Source: Eledone cirrhosa
Lineage: Eukaryota
Length of the DNA: 64,000 nt
Reading direction: 5' to 3'
Assembly (NCBI GenBank): GCA_964016885.1
Contig: OZ024751.1
Location: forward strand, 52,700,001 to 52,764,000
The notes beneath the pieces are model-generated. The model was not told the origin of the DNA. It did no database searches and saw only the letters and a program-made list of their open reading frames with translations. The translations under genes and the position numbers were made by a program. How positions within the stretch are numbered: the stretch's first letter is position 1; each line of letters opens with the position of its first letter. Shown here in pieces: positions 32,701 to 45,007 of the stretch.

Positions 32701-33308
32701 GTCAGGTCACCACTTGGTGCTACTGGTAACATGTATCCCAGTACAACCTGTTTCATGGTCGGGTCGTTGGCGACTAAACTGGCAACCCCACCAAGGTTTC
32801 TTGGTGAGGAGGGTGACTTTGGACATCCTGCAGGACTAAAAACAAAACCTGTCAAAGGGCAAAGGAGCTCTTAAGAGTCAATGGCCATCCAAAATCACTG
32901 GGAGAGATGACCCCTTAGCCTTTGTCAAGGCAGAATTCTAGGAGAAGGAAAACTCTGATATAACACCTGCAACCCTGATGGTATCCAATGATGTTGACTT
33001 GTTCTTCTTTTTGGTAAATATCATCTTGGTTAAGAGAGTGGGACTGGCTTTGTGCAGTGCCTTTGCTCACTATAAAAGCTTCACGGCACAGGCATTGCTT
33101 TATATCTGGAGATCTCTCTGCACTTGCCGTCACATGGTACCATGGGCCCAGCACTATGTGTCAATAATTGTCACAAGTGTAGTGTTTGTACCAGAGTTTT
33201 CAAGTCGCTGGCTGGACTAAAAAGTCACACTCGTTCAGCGCATCGGTAGGGGTTCTCCTACATGGATATAAAGTAGTGGCCGTACTCGAAAACGAGTTGG
33301 CAGCCACC
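32701..33308 (+). mobile_element. full-length ~608 bp bipartite non-autonomous RTE derivative
   Basis: 5' GTCAGGTCACC; RTE-UTR-like TCTAGGAGAAGGAAAACTCTGA; 3' part encodes [23 protein letters not shown] (C2H2 finger); flanked by TA tracts. Confidence 0.85.
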
Positions 33309-33339
33309 ATATATATATATGTATGTATATATATATATG

Positions 33340-33404
<65 letters not shown>

Positions 33405-33477
33405 GTATGTATATATATATATGTATGTATATATATATATGTATGTATATATATATATGTATGTATATATATATATG

Positions 33478-33554
<77 letters not shown>

Positions 33555-33665
33555 ATATATATATATATGTATGTATATATATGTATATGTATGTATATAT
33601 ATATATATATGTATGTATATATATATATATATATGTATGTATATATATATATGTATGTATATATT

Positions 33666-33712
<47 letters not shown>

Positions 33713-33723
33713 GTATATATATG

Positions 33724-33773
<50 letters not shown>

Positions 33774-33805
33774 TATGTATGTATATATATATATATATGT
33801 GTATG

Positions 33806-33842
<37 letters not shown>

Positions 33843-33849
33843 GTATATG

Positions 33850-33944
<95 letters not shown>

Positions 33945-33966
33945 GTATATATATATATGTATATAT

Positions 33967-34018
<52 letters not shown>

Positions 34019-34182
34019 GTATATATATATATATGTATCTATATATATTTGTATATATATATATATGTATATATATGTATATATATATATATATGAATAT
34101 ATATATATGTATATATATATATGTATATATATATATGAATATATATATATGTATATATATATGTATATATATATATACATAT

Positions 34183-34788
34183 GTCAGGTCACCACTTGGT
34201 GCTACTGGTAACATGTATCCCAGTACAACCTGTCTCATGGTCGGGTCGTTGGCGACTAAACTGGCAACCCCACCAAGGTTTCTTGGTGAGGAGGGTGACT
34301 TTGGACATCCTGCAGGACTAAAAACAAAACCTGTCAAAGGGCAAAGGAGCTCTTAAGAGTCAATGGCCATCCAAAATCAGTGGGAGAGATGACCCCTTAG
34401 CCTTTGTCAAGGCAGAATTCTAGGAGAAGGAAAACTCTGATATAACACCTGCAACCCTAATGGTATCCAATGATGTTGACTTGTTCTTCTTTTTGGTAAA
34501 TATCATCTTGGTTAAGAGAGTGGGACTGGCTTTGTGCAGTGCCTTTGCTCACTATAAAAGCTTCACGGCACAGGCATTGCTTTGTATCTGGAGATCTCTC
34601 TGCACTTGTCGTCACATGGTACCAAAGGCAAAGCACTATGTGTCAATAATTGTCACAAGTGTAGTGTTTGTACCAGAGTTTTCAAGTCGCTGGCTGGACT
34701 AAAAAGTCACTCGTTCAGCGCATCGGTAGGGGTTCTCCTACATGGATATAAAGTAGTGGCCGTACTCGAAAACGAGTTGGCAGCCACC
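34183..34788 (+). mobile_element. full-length non-autonomous RTE derivative
   Basis: Same termini as 32701-33308. Confidence 0.88.
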
Positions 34789-34817
34789 ATATATATATAT
34801 ATGTATATATATATATG

Positions 34818-34894
<77 letters not shown>

Positions 34895-34936
34895 GTATAT
34901 ATATATATGTATGTATATATATATATATATGTATGT

Positions 34937-34970
<34 letters not shown>

Positions 34971-35097
34971 GTATATATATGTATGTATGTATGTATATAT
35001 ATGTATGTATGTATATATATGTATGTATGTATATATATATATGTATGTATGTATATATATATATGCATCTATATATATACATGTATGTATATATGTG

Positions 35098-35193
<96 letters not shown>

Positions 35194-35227
35194 TGTATGT
35201 ATATATATATGTATGTATATATATATG

Positions 35228-35266
<39 letters not shown>

Positions 35267-35634
35267 GTATGTATATGCATTAAAATATGTTTGTTTGTAT
35301 ATAATATATACGTGTATGTATGTATGTGTGTGTGTGAGTAAGCTTTTAAAAAATTCGACCTTGCGGAATCAACAGACATTATTTTGAACAATATCTTGTG
35401 ATGACCAGAGATTATTGTTAATTGTCATCATTTATTTTTTTTGTAAATGGTTACATATATATTGTTATATTTGAGGAGGGTCATGTTGCTATAATATTGC
35501 CAGAAACATATAATAAAACACACTCATATATATATATATATATATATGATATGATATGAAGCTTTGACGATCGAGAAATTCTGTTGATATATTTTGTTTA
35601 TTTTGTAAAACATTGCACACACACACATACATAC

Positions 35635-35704
<70 letters not shown>

Positions 35705-35720
35705 CATACACATATATATG

Positions 35721-35798
35721 CAGGGTGGCCCCCAAAAATATATACACATTTCAACAGTATACTAATAAACATGTGTATGCATTTTTTGGGACACCCTG
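35721..35798. mobile_element. 78-bp Tc1/mariner-type MITE
   Basis: ~28-bp TIRs CAGGGTG(G/T)CCC..AAAA..TACAC; TA on the right flank; second copy at 37477. Confidence 0.7.
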
Positions 35799-37476
35799 TA
35801 TACACACACTGTTTTACTATTTTATATGTACGTGACTAGCCGGTGGAGTTTATAAATTGATATTATGTCTGACATTGCTTGTCCAGAGTTGTTTTAAAAA
35901 CTGTTTTAGAAAACGGGATTCTTTCTAAATTAGTACGATCAGCAGAATAATAGAATAGAAATTATAGAGTGTGGGGTGGCTGATGTAGAGTTGGGGTTGG
36001 GTTGAAGAACTGTTGGTGGGGGTTTATCATTTAGTAACAAACACCCAACCACATAAACATCTACAAACAAAATATATTTCACACAGGACACCAAGTTGGC
36101 CACTGTGACGATTTTTGTCATCTGGTGAATTATGATGGAAAGTAGAAAGATTGTGACATTAAAAATTGGAGAAGAGAGAGAGAGAGAGATGGATGGATAT
36201 ATTTTGGAGAATCCTCAACTCCCTGCTCTAAATTACTATCATCTTTATGTCTTTCTCTCTCTACGGACGAAAATCGTGTGTGTGTGTAGTGTTGTATGTG
36301 TACCTTATATATTATATATTTGCTGACTCAAACGAAAAAGAGGATACCACAACCTGCTTGAACAAGTATCTCGTTTTCCCTACCGTTAATAAAACGACCG
36401 ATTTATGATAGTAGAAACAATAATAATTTCTTTATTGGCCACAAAATAATAATAGTAATAATAGATTTCTTTATTATTATGGAGATTGCTGTTGTTGTTT
36501 ATTTAGCTCTGTTAAAAATCCTGGAATTATAACGAAAAATACACAACATATATTAAATTGACGACAGCAGAAAGCAAGAATTACAAGATGGAAACTAAAC
36601 GAGCATTATTATCAAAGCAAATTGAGGAACAATATTTACAATAAATACCATTTATTTTTCTAGTTAATCTTTACGCCTAACACACATAAATATATGTATA
36701 TATATTGTGGATATTTATATATTTATTCTAGATTGTCTGTTAAAAACTGCGAAATATACTCCGTGCAGTTTTTTTATTTTGGTGTTGGTTGGTTCATTTT
36801 TTAATATTTTAATATTTTTATTTATTTCGAAGTGGTTAGAATTTGTTCAATTTGTGGCTCAGCTGACACTGTTAATGGGTATGAAGGTGAGGTATGTTAA
36901 AATACTGGACTATATAAGAAGTGTGTGTGTGTGTGGGGGGGGGGGGGACCGTCATGACAATGTTTGTATCAATAAGCATAGATAGATAGATTGACAGAGA
37001 TAGATATACATGCATACGAATATATTCATACACACGTACGTACGTATATATACATATACGTACACACACAAACATATATATATATACACACATACTGAAA
37101 GTTGGTGATTTAAAAAAAATACCAGTGTACTTAAAACATACTAATAACTGTATGTGCACTCAATATATGTGATGGGAGTGTAAGATTTATTTTCTAGAGA
37201 CAAAGGTGGCATCCACTTCGAAGTTCCATCTATTAATAGATAGATAGAGAGAGAGAGGGATAAAATGTACAAAACTGTACTACACTGTAAATGTTAGAAT
37301 CTAACCCCTACTAGCTTAACATTTAATCACCTCTGTATTAGTAGTATTAGTACTATGTGGTTAATACTACTGATACTATTAATACTACTAATCAGTTTTA
37401 TTGGGCCCTTGTGGCCAATAAAAGAAAATAAATAATTAAAAAAGTATATATAAAATTAAAATAAATAATAATTATA

Positions 37477-37553
37477 CAAGGTGTCCCCAAAAATGTATAC
37501 ACACTTCAACAGCATTCTAATCAAGGTGGGTATACATTTTGGGGGACACTTTG
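37477..37553. mobile_element. 77-bp Tc1/mariner-type MITE
   Basis: TA-CAAGGTGTCCCCAAAAATGTATAC...GTATACATTTTGGGGGACACTTTG-TA. Confidence 0.72.
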
Positions 37554-37682
37554 TACACACACACGCGCACGCACACATATATATATGTATACATATATAT
37601 GTATGCATACATATATATATATGTATACATATATATGTATGCATACATATATATAAATATATATGTATACATATATATATGT

Positions 37683-37719
<37 letters not shown>

Positions 37720-37845
37720 CATATATATGTATGCATACATATATATATATATATGTATAAATATATCTGTATGCATAAATATATATGTATGCATACATAT
37801 ATATATATATGTATACATATATATGTATGCATACATATATATGTA

Positions 37846-37891
<46 letters not shown>

Positions 37892-38159
37892 CATACATAT
37901 ATATATGTATGCATACATATATATATGTATGTATACATGCATATATATGTATGTGTACACACACACGTATATGATATATTGCGTAAGCCTGTATTTATAA
38001 GCAATGTATACACCTCACGCCGCAATAACACAACTACATAATTCTATTATTATATGTAATTATGTAATTAAGACTAGTAAGTTCATCAGAGAGGCAAAAA
38101 AAGATAATTATTCCGGCTGTTTTTATTTATTTTTTACTCTACACAACATGACTATTAAA

Positions 38160-39062
38160 TAATAATTGTTTCTACTTTTGGCACAAGGCCAGCAAATACT
38201 CAGTACATTACTGGTACTTTATTTTATCGACCCCGTAAGGATGAAAGGCAAAGTTAACTTCGGCGGGATTTGAAGTCAGACCGTAGAGGGCCGTAACTCT
38301 ATGCTGCAATGCATGCTGTCCGACCCTCTACCGATACTGCCAATCCACCGCCCTTACAGCAACAGTAATAATGATAATGATTGTTTCTACTTTTGGCATA
38401 AGGCCAGCAAATACCCCAGTGCATTACTGGTACTTTATTTTATCGACCCTGTAAGGATGAAAGAACAAAGTTAACCTCAGCAGGATTTGAACTTAGACCG
38501 TAATAATAATTTCTTATATAGGCACAAGGCCAGCAATTTTGGAGGAGAGGGGAAAGTCGATTAAATCGACCCCAGTGCGTGACTGGTACTGTATTTTATC
38601 GACTCCGTAATGATGAAAGGCAATGTTAACATCGGCGGGATCTTTATTAGCTACACAGGGCTCACATTAAGGAAACATTAAAGACGGTACAGGGCGATAT
38701 AGTGTCGGTTTTTCTTCGTGTAAAATAAATTTTATAAAAAGAGACTAAAAAAATAAACATTTTAAACAAACATAACAAATTCCCCAAGGGTGAGTAGACT
38801 CTAAGAGTCACTCGTGTAGAAACCCCACACACAAAAAAAAAAATGATTTCTAGTATAGGCACAAGGCCAGTAATATCGGGGGGAGGGGAAAGTCGATTAA
38901 ATCGAACCCGTTCATTACTGGTGCTTTATTTTATCGACCCCGTAGGGATGAAAGGCAAAGCTAACCTCGGCCGGATTTGAACTCAGAACGTAAAGGGCCA
39001 TAACTCTACGCTACAAAGCATGGTGTCTGACACGCTATCGATTCTGCCAATCCACCGCCTAA
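38160..39062 (-). mobile_element. cluster of four tRNA-derived SINE copies (two with heads, two partial)
   Basis: Copies at ~38160-38355, 38380-38500, 38510-38640 and 38845-39062; A box TGGCAGAATCG, B box GAGTTCAAATCC; shared GCCTTTCATCC..GGGGTCGATAAAATAAAG core. Confidence 0.82.
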
Positions 39063-39740
39063 CCCCCCTCCCCCCAAAATAATAATAATGATAAAGAATT
39101 CGTCAGTAAAAATAATCCTTAATTTAAAAACTGAATAAGTGTGTGTGTGTTTGGGTACTATTATCGTGCATGTGTTTATATGAAGTCATCTTTTACTATA
39201 TATGTAACCACATATACAGACACACACTCACACCCATTTAGCTCGAGGATTCACACACGTATAATGTGTGTGTGTGTGTGTGATGATTGGTCAGACAATA
39301 TATATATAGTCTGACCGATATATTTTCCAATAAATAAATAAATATATATATATGCATGGTTGCAGTGGTTGGTAGTTTTAGCTGCACCCGGCGTGGTGTG
39401 ATGACTGTTCGGATAATCGGGTAATGGAGAAAATCGAGCCATTGTGTGTCACCAAAAGTACCCGGACAGTCATTGGTAGCACCAATGTTGCTCCTCGGTA
39501 CCGCTTGAAGGAAGTACACAGACAATAGGTACCATGGGAAGGTGGTGAGTTGACAGCTGATGAGGAGAGAGAGAGAGTGTGTCCCGCAGTGCTTGCTGTG
39601 GGATATGTATATGTATGTGTATATGTATGTATATATATATGTATGTATGTATATGTATGTATGTATATGTATGTATATATATATATGTATGTATATATAT
39701 ATACATACATATATATATACATACATACATACATACATAC

Positions 39741-40141
39741 AGATGACCCCTTAGCCTTTGTCAAGGCAGAATTCTAGGAGAAGGAAAACTCTGATATAAC
39801 ACCTGCAACCCTGATGGTTTCCAATGATGTTGACTTCTTCTTTTTGGTAAATATCATCTTGGTTAAGAGAGTGGGACTGGCTTTGTGCAGTGTCTTTGCT
39901 CACTATAAAAGCTTCACGGCACAGGCATTGCTTTATATCTGGAGATCTCTCTGCACTTGTCGTCACATGGTACCATGGGCCCAGCACTATGTGTCAATGA
40001 TTGTCACAAGTGTAGTGTTTGTACCAGAGTTTTCCAGTCGCTGGCTGGACTAAAAAGTCACACTCGTTCAGCGCATCGGTAGGGGTTCTCCTACATGGAT
40101 ATAAAGTAGTGACCGTACTCGAAAACGAGTTGGCAGCCACC
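39741..40141 (+). mobile_element. non-autonomous RTE derivative, 5'-truncated copy
   Basis: Matches 32905-33308. Confidence 0.9.
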
Positions 40142-40297
40142 ATGTATATATATATACCTACCTCTCACCACATACACGCATATAATAATAATGAAATTAT
40201 TGTGTAAAGTGCTCAGGTGCACTACAACTCGTCAAAAGTGTATGTATATATATCTGACTGTAGTATATATATATAATAATAATATATATATATATAT

Positions 40298-40369
40298 GAC
40301 GGCAGAGCTCAAGCCGTTTCGACGGTCGAAACGGCTTGAGCTCTGCCGTCGGGGTTAAACTTTTTCCTA
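40298..40369. repeat. 26-bp-arm perfect hairpin made from the terminus of the 60885-63044 family
   Basis: GACGGCAGAGCTCAAGCCGTTTCGAC-G-GTCGAAACGGCTTGAGCTCTGCCGTC, then GGGGTT..CCTA. Confidence 0.9.
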
Positions 40370-40635
40370 TATATATATATATATATATATATCCCTACAT
40401 CTCACCACATACTCGCATATATATATTGATATATGTACAATGCACTGAAACTATAAGGATTTCCAGACGTTGACTGGAGAGAAGGCACTGTCCATGTTTT
40501 CCACTGTTTCTACTGTTATCGTTGTCTTGTGACCCCTTCCCCTTTAAATTACAATATATATATATATATATATATATACATACACTAACAGCTTGGCTTA
40601 TCTGCATCACCACGTCTAACTACTTCCGAGACACA

Positions 40636-40703
<68 letters not shown>

Positions 40704-40950
40704 AATGAAAGTATAGATATTGTTGTGAGCGTGAAGCCAACAGTATTTCATAATATATAAGTGACTATAACTGCCTATATATATATATAGGCAGGGCTGT
40801 GATAGCCTGATCTATAGGCTCTCAAGTATTTCCGGTCTCGAATCCTTGCAGGGGCCCCAAATTTCAACCTAGTCACTCTTATGAATAATACATACACACA
40901 TACATGCACACACACACACAATACATACATACATACATACATACATACAT

Positions 40951-41797
40951 ACAAAAAATTGACCAATTTACAGAAAAAGTTGTGCATGGATACTTGAGGC
41001 GTAAAACACAGACCATAGAGGGGATAAACCACTCAAAAAGCCTGGCATGGAGTTCCGACAGGTTTATGACATCACACCTTGAACAAGAACTCCCTACCAA
41101 ATATCTGCTGCACAAAAGAGGAGGGCCAGCAGCTGACAATAAATGTAGGCTATGTAAAACAAAGATCGAGGATGTAAGCCACATTGTTGCCAGCTGCGAA
41201 AGAATGTCATCTCGTTACTACCTCCCCATGAGACACGATGGGATAGCTAGAACCATCTGGAACGCACTTCGGAAAACAAAATTAACAACAAACGAGGAAG
41301 AATATATTGAGACAGATGGCAGTAAGGAATACTGGTGGAACCTGAAAATAAAAACTGCCACCAAATTAAAGCACAACCGGCCCGATATTGTTGTTTGGGA
41401 CCACACATTGAAAACATGTTCTGTTGTGGAGATCAGCTGCCCACTTGATGTAAACGTTGTCAGAAAAATACAGGAGAAGGAGGACATCTACGGACCATTG
41501 ATGAGGAGTTTACAAATCCAGTATCCAAGATACACCTTTAGCTTCATACCCATCATTATTGGAGCTACGGGTTATATACCAACCCGCTTGGACCAAAGTA
41601 TGACTGAACTTGGATTTGCGGACAAAAAGCGCAGCTCCCTAATTCATAGTCTACAAATGGCTGCGATAGCTGGCACCTTCAAAATTTGCAAAACATTCTT
41701 GCGATTCAAGGGATGACAATTTCTTTTCTTTTACAACCTTGCCACCAGGAAGGTGGCCGGTCAAAAAAATATACTCGAAATTAAGAGAAAGAGATAA
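40951..41797 (+). mobile_element. R2-group (R4/HERO/NeSL-like) element 3' part: CCHC knuckle + PD-(D/E)xK endonuclease
   Basis: ORF to 41716: [37 protein letters not shown]; (CATA)n on both flanks. Confidence 0.9.
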
Positions 41798-41803
41798 CAT
41801 ACA

Positions 41804-41835
<32 letters not shown>

Positions 41836-41836
<1 letters not shown>

Positions 41837-42680
41837 TGGCTCACTTTGAAGAATATGCTTTTGCAATCCAGGAAGAGGAAATCAATACAAAATACCTGAT
41901 TCACAAAAGAAATAGAGAGATTCAGGCAGAACACCTAGATCTGACAATAAATGCAAACTCAGCAGAATTAACATTGAAGATGTCACCTATGTTATAAGCA
42001 GCTGTCCAAAGATGTCACCACTGTACTATCTACTCATGAGGCATCATGTAGTGATGAAAACACTATACAAAAGATAGCCCCGACAATAAAGACATTAAAA
42101 GTTACAGCAATGTGGAAGACATACACGTACATAATATGAAAGAGTACTGGTGGAATGTTTCAGTCAAAACTCCAGTGAAATGCAAGTATAACAGACCAGA
42201 TATAATGATATGGGACAGGGAAAAGGAGGCATGCACAGTAGTGGAAGTTAGCTGTCCAGCAGATGCCAATATAATATTAAAGATTAGCGAAAAGGAGAAC
42301 ATCTATGCAAAACTAATGAGGAATCTGCAGATACCCTCCTCTGACTATGATTTATATCTGGGATATGTTACTAGCTGCCTTAGTACAAATCTTGAGAAGC
42401 TAGGCTTCACAGAACCAGAAAGAACACTAGTTAGGAAGTTACAAGTACAATCCATTAATGGAACTGTTAAGATATGTAAAACATTCCAAAAATTCTGCAT
42501 CTAATAACTGCATATACACATATACAGATACAAAACATATGCACGTGTACACATATAACTGAAAGCATAGAGATATCGCACATACAATAACACCTATCCC
42601 TGTCCACACCCACCCACCTACCTACCTAGTTGATGTCTAAATTTCAATGAAAGTTAGAAACCTGCTCTCTCTTGAAACAA
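41836..42680 (+). pseudogene. degenerate related RLE non-LTR element
   Basis: EYWWN..NRPDIMIWD..VVEVSCP..KICKTF in 42112-42504; disrupted upstream. Confidence 0.8.
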
Positions 42681-43290
42681 AAAAATCATAAAATAACGAA
42701 ACCAGAAGTACACACACACACACATGCATACATACACACAAATACATAAGTGTCTGTGTGTGTATAGTGAATGTGACAGGGTTAATGGTTATGGGTGAAG
42801 TAAAGAGAAAGTTCAACCAATTGAACAAACGGAGTGGTAATGACAGAATTAGAACCAGCACACTGATTAGATGGGATCGGAGTTCGTTTCCAATGTATGT
42901 ATATGTAGGTGTGTATGTGTGTGTGTGTGTGTGTGTGTCTGTACATTTACGTATGTGTATATAAGTAGGTGCATGTATATATGTTATATATATATTTATG
43001 TATATATATATATATATATTTATTAAAATAACAGATTAATGTTTAATTACTATATATATATATATATATACATACGTATATGTATATGTATGTATATATA
43101 TTTATATATATGTATGTATGTATATGTATGTATGTATATATATATATATATTTATATGTATGTATGTATGTATGTATGTATGCATATATATATATTTGTA
43201 TGTATATATATATATTTATATGTATATATATGTATATATATGTATGTATATATATATATTTATATGTATATATATGTATATATATGCGTG

Positions 43291-43324
<34 letters not shown>

Positions 43325-43563
43325 CGTGTATATATATGTATATATATACGTGTATATATATGTATATATATGTATATATATATGTATATATATGTATATA
43401 TATATACGTGTATATACGTGTATATATATGTATATATATACCTGTATATATGTGTATATATATGTACATGTATATATGTGTATATATATGTACATGTATA
43501 TATGCATATATATATGTATATATGTATATATATATGTATATATATATATATATATGTATATAT

Positions 43564-43783
43564 ATCATCATCATCATCATCGTTTAACGTCCATGTTCTA
43601 CGCTTGCATGGGTTTAGACGGGAGTTTTCCCACTTGAGGCAAGAGTGGTTGTCTTGCTCGCATAGGACTGTCTGGCGGTTTTTCTACAGCTGGATGCCCT
43701 TCCTAACACCAACCACATTTACAGTGTGGGACTGGGAGGTTTTTACCGTGTTGCCTACACGGCCACATTACAGCGTGGACTGT
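43564..43783 (-). mobile_element. RTE family A 3' UTR fragment
   Basis: Matches 28948-29167; CAT repeats at the left end. Confidence 0.88.
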
Positions 43784-44124
43784 AGTTGCTTCATATGTAT
43801 TATCAGTGTGTCACAGACTGAGTTTGAATGTGTCAACAGTACAATTGGTGTGACATCTTCACGGATATACAGAGCAACCCCACCATGAGTTCTCTCCTTC
43901 CTGTCCGAACGAAATACAGTATATTTCGGTATATGTATTTCTGCATCTGCTATACTGCTTGTCAGGTGCGTTTCGGTTAGTGCCATGCATAGTGCTTGAT
44001 TGCTTATGGCTAAGTCTCCCAGGTAGGAAATTTTACTCATGTTGCTGAGTTTCACCAGGCCCCTGACATTCAGCAGCAGCACTGGTGTGACTTTTGGGGT
44101 GCCAGTAATGGCTGTCGGTATGAC
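43784..44124 (-). mobile_element. CR1-like APE endonuclease N-terminal fragment
   Basis: [31 protein letters not shown]. Confidence 0.85.
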
Positions 44125-44211
44125 ATATGTATATATATATGTATATATATATATATGTATATATGTACATATATATATATGTATATATGTATATATATAT
44201 GTATATATGTA

Positions 44212-44242
<31 letters not shown>

Positions 44243-44259
44243 ATATATATATATATGTA

Positions 44260-44326
<67 letters not shown>

Positions 44327-44423
44327 GAATATATGTATATATATGTATATATGTATATATATATATATGTATATATATGTATATATATATATATGTATAT
44401 ATATGTATATATATATATATATA

Positions 44424-44462
<39 letters not shown>

Positions 44463-44724
44463 GAATATATATATATATATATATGAATATATATATATAT
44501 ATATATATATGAATATATATATATATATATATATATGAATATATATATATATATATATATATTCATATATATATATATATATATACATATATATACATAT
44601 ATATATATATACATATATATATATACATATATATATATATTCATATATACATATATATATATATACATATATTCATATATACATATATATATATATACAT
44701 ATATACATATATATACATATATTC

Positions 44725-44795
<71 letters not shown>

Positions 44796-45007
44796 TACAT
44801 ATATATATATATATACATATATACATATATATATATATATACATATATACATATATTTATATATATACATATATACATATATATATACATATATACATAT
44901 ATATATATGTACATATATACATATATATATATATATACATATATACATATATATATACATATGTCATACCGACAGCCATTACTGGCACCCCAAAAGTCAC
45001 ACCAGTG
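44080..45007. repeat. ~930-bp fold-back palindrome (45 bp unique arms + mirrored TA tract)
   Basis: 44080-44124 is the exact reverse complement of 44963-45007; the tract flips from G-type to C-type near 44550. Confidence 0.9.

Noticed and set aside
32915-33220. Recurrent 79-80 aa ORFs (MVSNDVDL.., MLGPWYH..) in the 608-bp repeat
   Set aside because: They recur only because the repeat is young; broken in the 27420 copy; no recognisable domain.
38975-39062. tRNA gene
   Set aside because: A/B boxes present but no cloverleaf; it is a SINE head continuing into the SINE body.
40771-40794. CTGCC(TA)7GGCAG palindrome
   Set aside because: Only 5 unique bp per arm; too short to distinguish from chance.
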